The notes under the pieces are model-generated. The model was given only the letters and a program-made list of their open reading frames with translations. It did no database searches and was not told where the DNA came from. From Octopus bimaculoides (lineage: Eukaryota): a stretch of 33,086 nucleotides of DNA. The stretch spans positions 164,448,819 through 164,481,904 of the forward strand of contig NC_068983.1 in assembly GCF_001194135.2 (NCBI RefSeq). Reading direction: 5' to 3'. Positions 32,551-33,086 of the stretch are shown piece by piece (the stretch's first letter is position 1; the number at the start of each line of letters is the position of its first letter). The translations under genes and the position numbers were made by a program.

Positions 32551-32598
32551 GTCTCCGATGAAGAGATATATAAAATATCCCGGAAACAGCTGTAAGTC
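32551..32598 (+). ncRNA. PLE hammerhead motif, right arm (U4C variant)
   Basis: GUCU CCGAUGA A GAGAUAU(AUAA)AAUAUCCC G GAAA CAGCUG U A AGUC: palindromic ACAGCUGU stem III, GUA triplet, stem I 3 of 4 pairs. Confidence 0.5.
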
Positions 32599-32872
32599 CT
32601 TCTCTTTATAAATGTTCTGAAATCTTTCACAGCCTTGGATTTTGTTATATCGCAATACTACAGAGTGGCTGTGTGAGCTACGAAATCCACGTCGCTACTG
32701 TTATGTCGTACGTGCGGATGACCTCTACGCAACTACTCAACTCTCACTTCCAACAACTTGACTCAACAGAACTCGACGTCTAGTCTACCGACGGCTCCGG
32801 CGCTCTATGCGACGCTTTTCGTCCAGCTATTTATATGTATTGGACTAGCCTACTTATCGACTGGGAGCGTCC

Positions 32873-33085
32873 ACACAACAGATTTTTATCCACCGGAACT
32901 CGGCTATTGCGGACAATGCCAAATTCAACATATTGATGGCAGACCTCGTCAGAGTAATCCGAAATGTCTCCTGCATGTGCGACCCTACAGAATTAAAGAG
33001 ACATATACAACATTTCGTCCACCGCATGCAGTTCTCAGGTTACAGCCATAAAGAAAGGATCAGGGTATACAAAGGAGCTATGAAG
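32873..33085 (+). pseudogene. Penelope-like element reverse transcriptase, thumb/C-terminal domain fragment (runs off the window)
   Basis: Frame not reported in the ORF track: TQQIFIHRNSAIADNAKFNILMADLVRVIRNVSCMCDPTELKRHIQHFVHRMQFSGYSHKERIRVYKGAMK. It matches the PLE thumb pattern H.NSA...K..IL...L.R..RN.S......RM..SGY...R. The RT palm is absent upstream. Confidence 0.8.
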
Positions 33086-33086
33086 A

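Larger units (their letters stand above)
32234..32643. mobile_element. Inverted pair of PLE pseudo-LTRs (about 190-bp arms, 23-bp spacer)
   Basis: 32234-32426 is the reverse complement of 32450-32643. Each arm carries a hammerhead motif, and a PLE RT fragment lies just downstream. Confidence 0.85.

Overview
AT-rich, repeat-dense eukaryotic DNA from a draft short-read assembly. It has ten N-gaps (849-1332, 4374-5073, 6069-6497, 8439-9370, 11110-11209, 11487-12380, 16876-17102, 26630-26639, 27985-28902, 30427-30551), most bordered by microsatellites. The SINE families match my recollection of octopus OK/OR-type SINEs, so the source is probably an octopus (inference, no database search). No host protein-coding gene can be called with confidence, and almost all entries in the ORF track are microsatellite or N-gap artefacts. 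The window contains: (i) about 15 tRNA-derived SINE copies or fragments with interchangeable modules; (ii) a (TAA)n microsatellite cluster at 11-15 kb holding two stacked Dong/R4-clade retrotransposon 3' ends (CCHC + PD-(D/E)xK endonuclease) next to L1/Tx1-like ORF1 remnants; (iii) an internally deleted RTE LINE; (iv) Penelope-like element (PLE) remnants, including an RT-thumb fragment at the right edge; (v) four long fold-back structures. The most notable signal is a set of about eight minimal type I hammerhead-ribozyme motifs in non-coding DNA. One of them (31785-31827) has intact stems and a compensatory U3-A8 core. There is also a possible decayed HDV-like ribozyme at the RTE 5' end. All RNA folds and alignments were done by eye.
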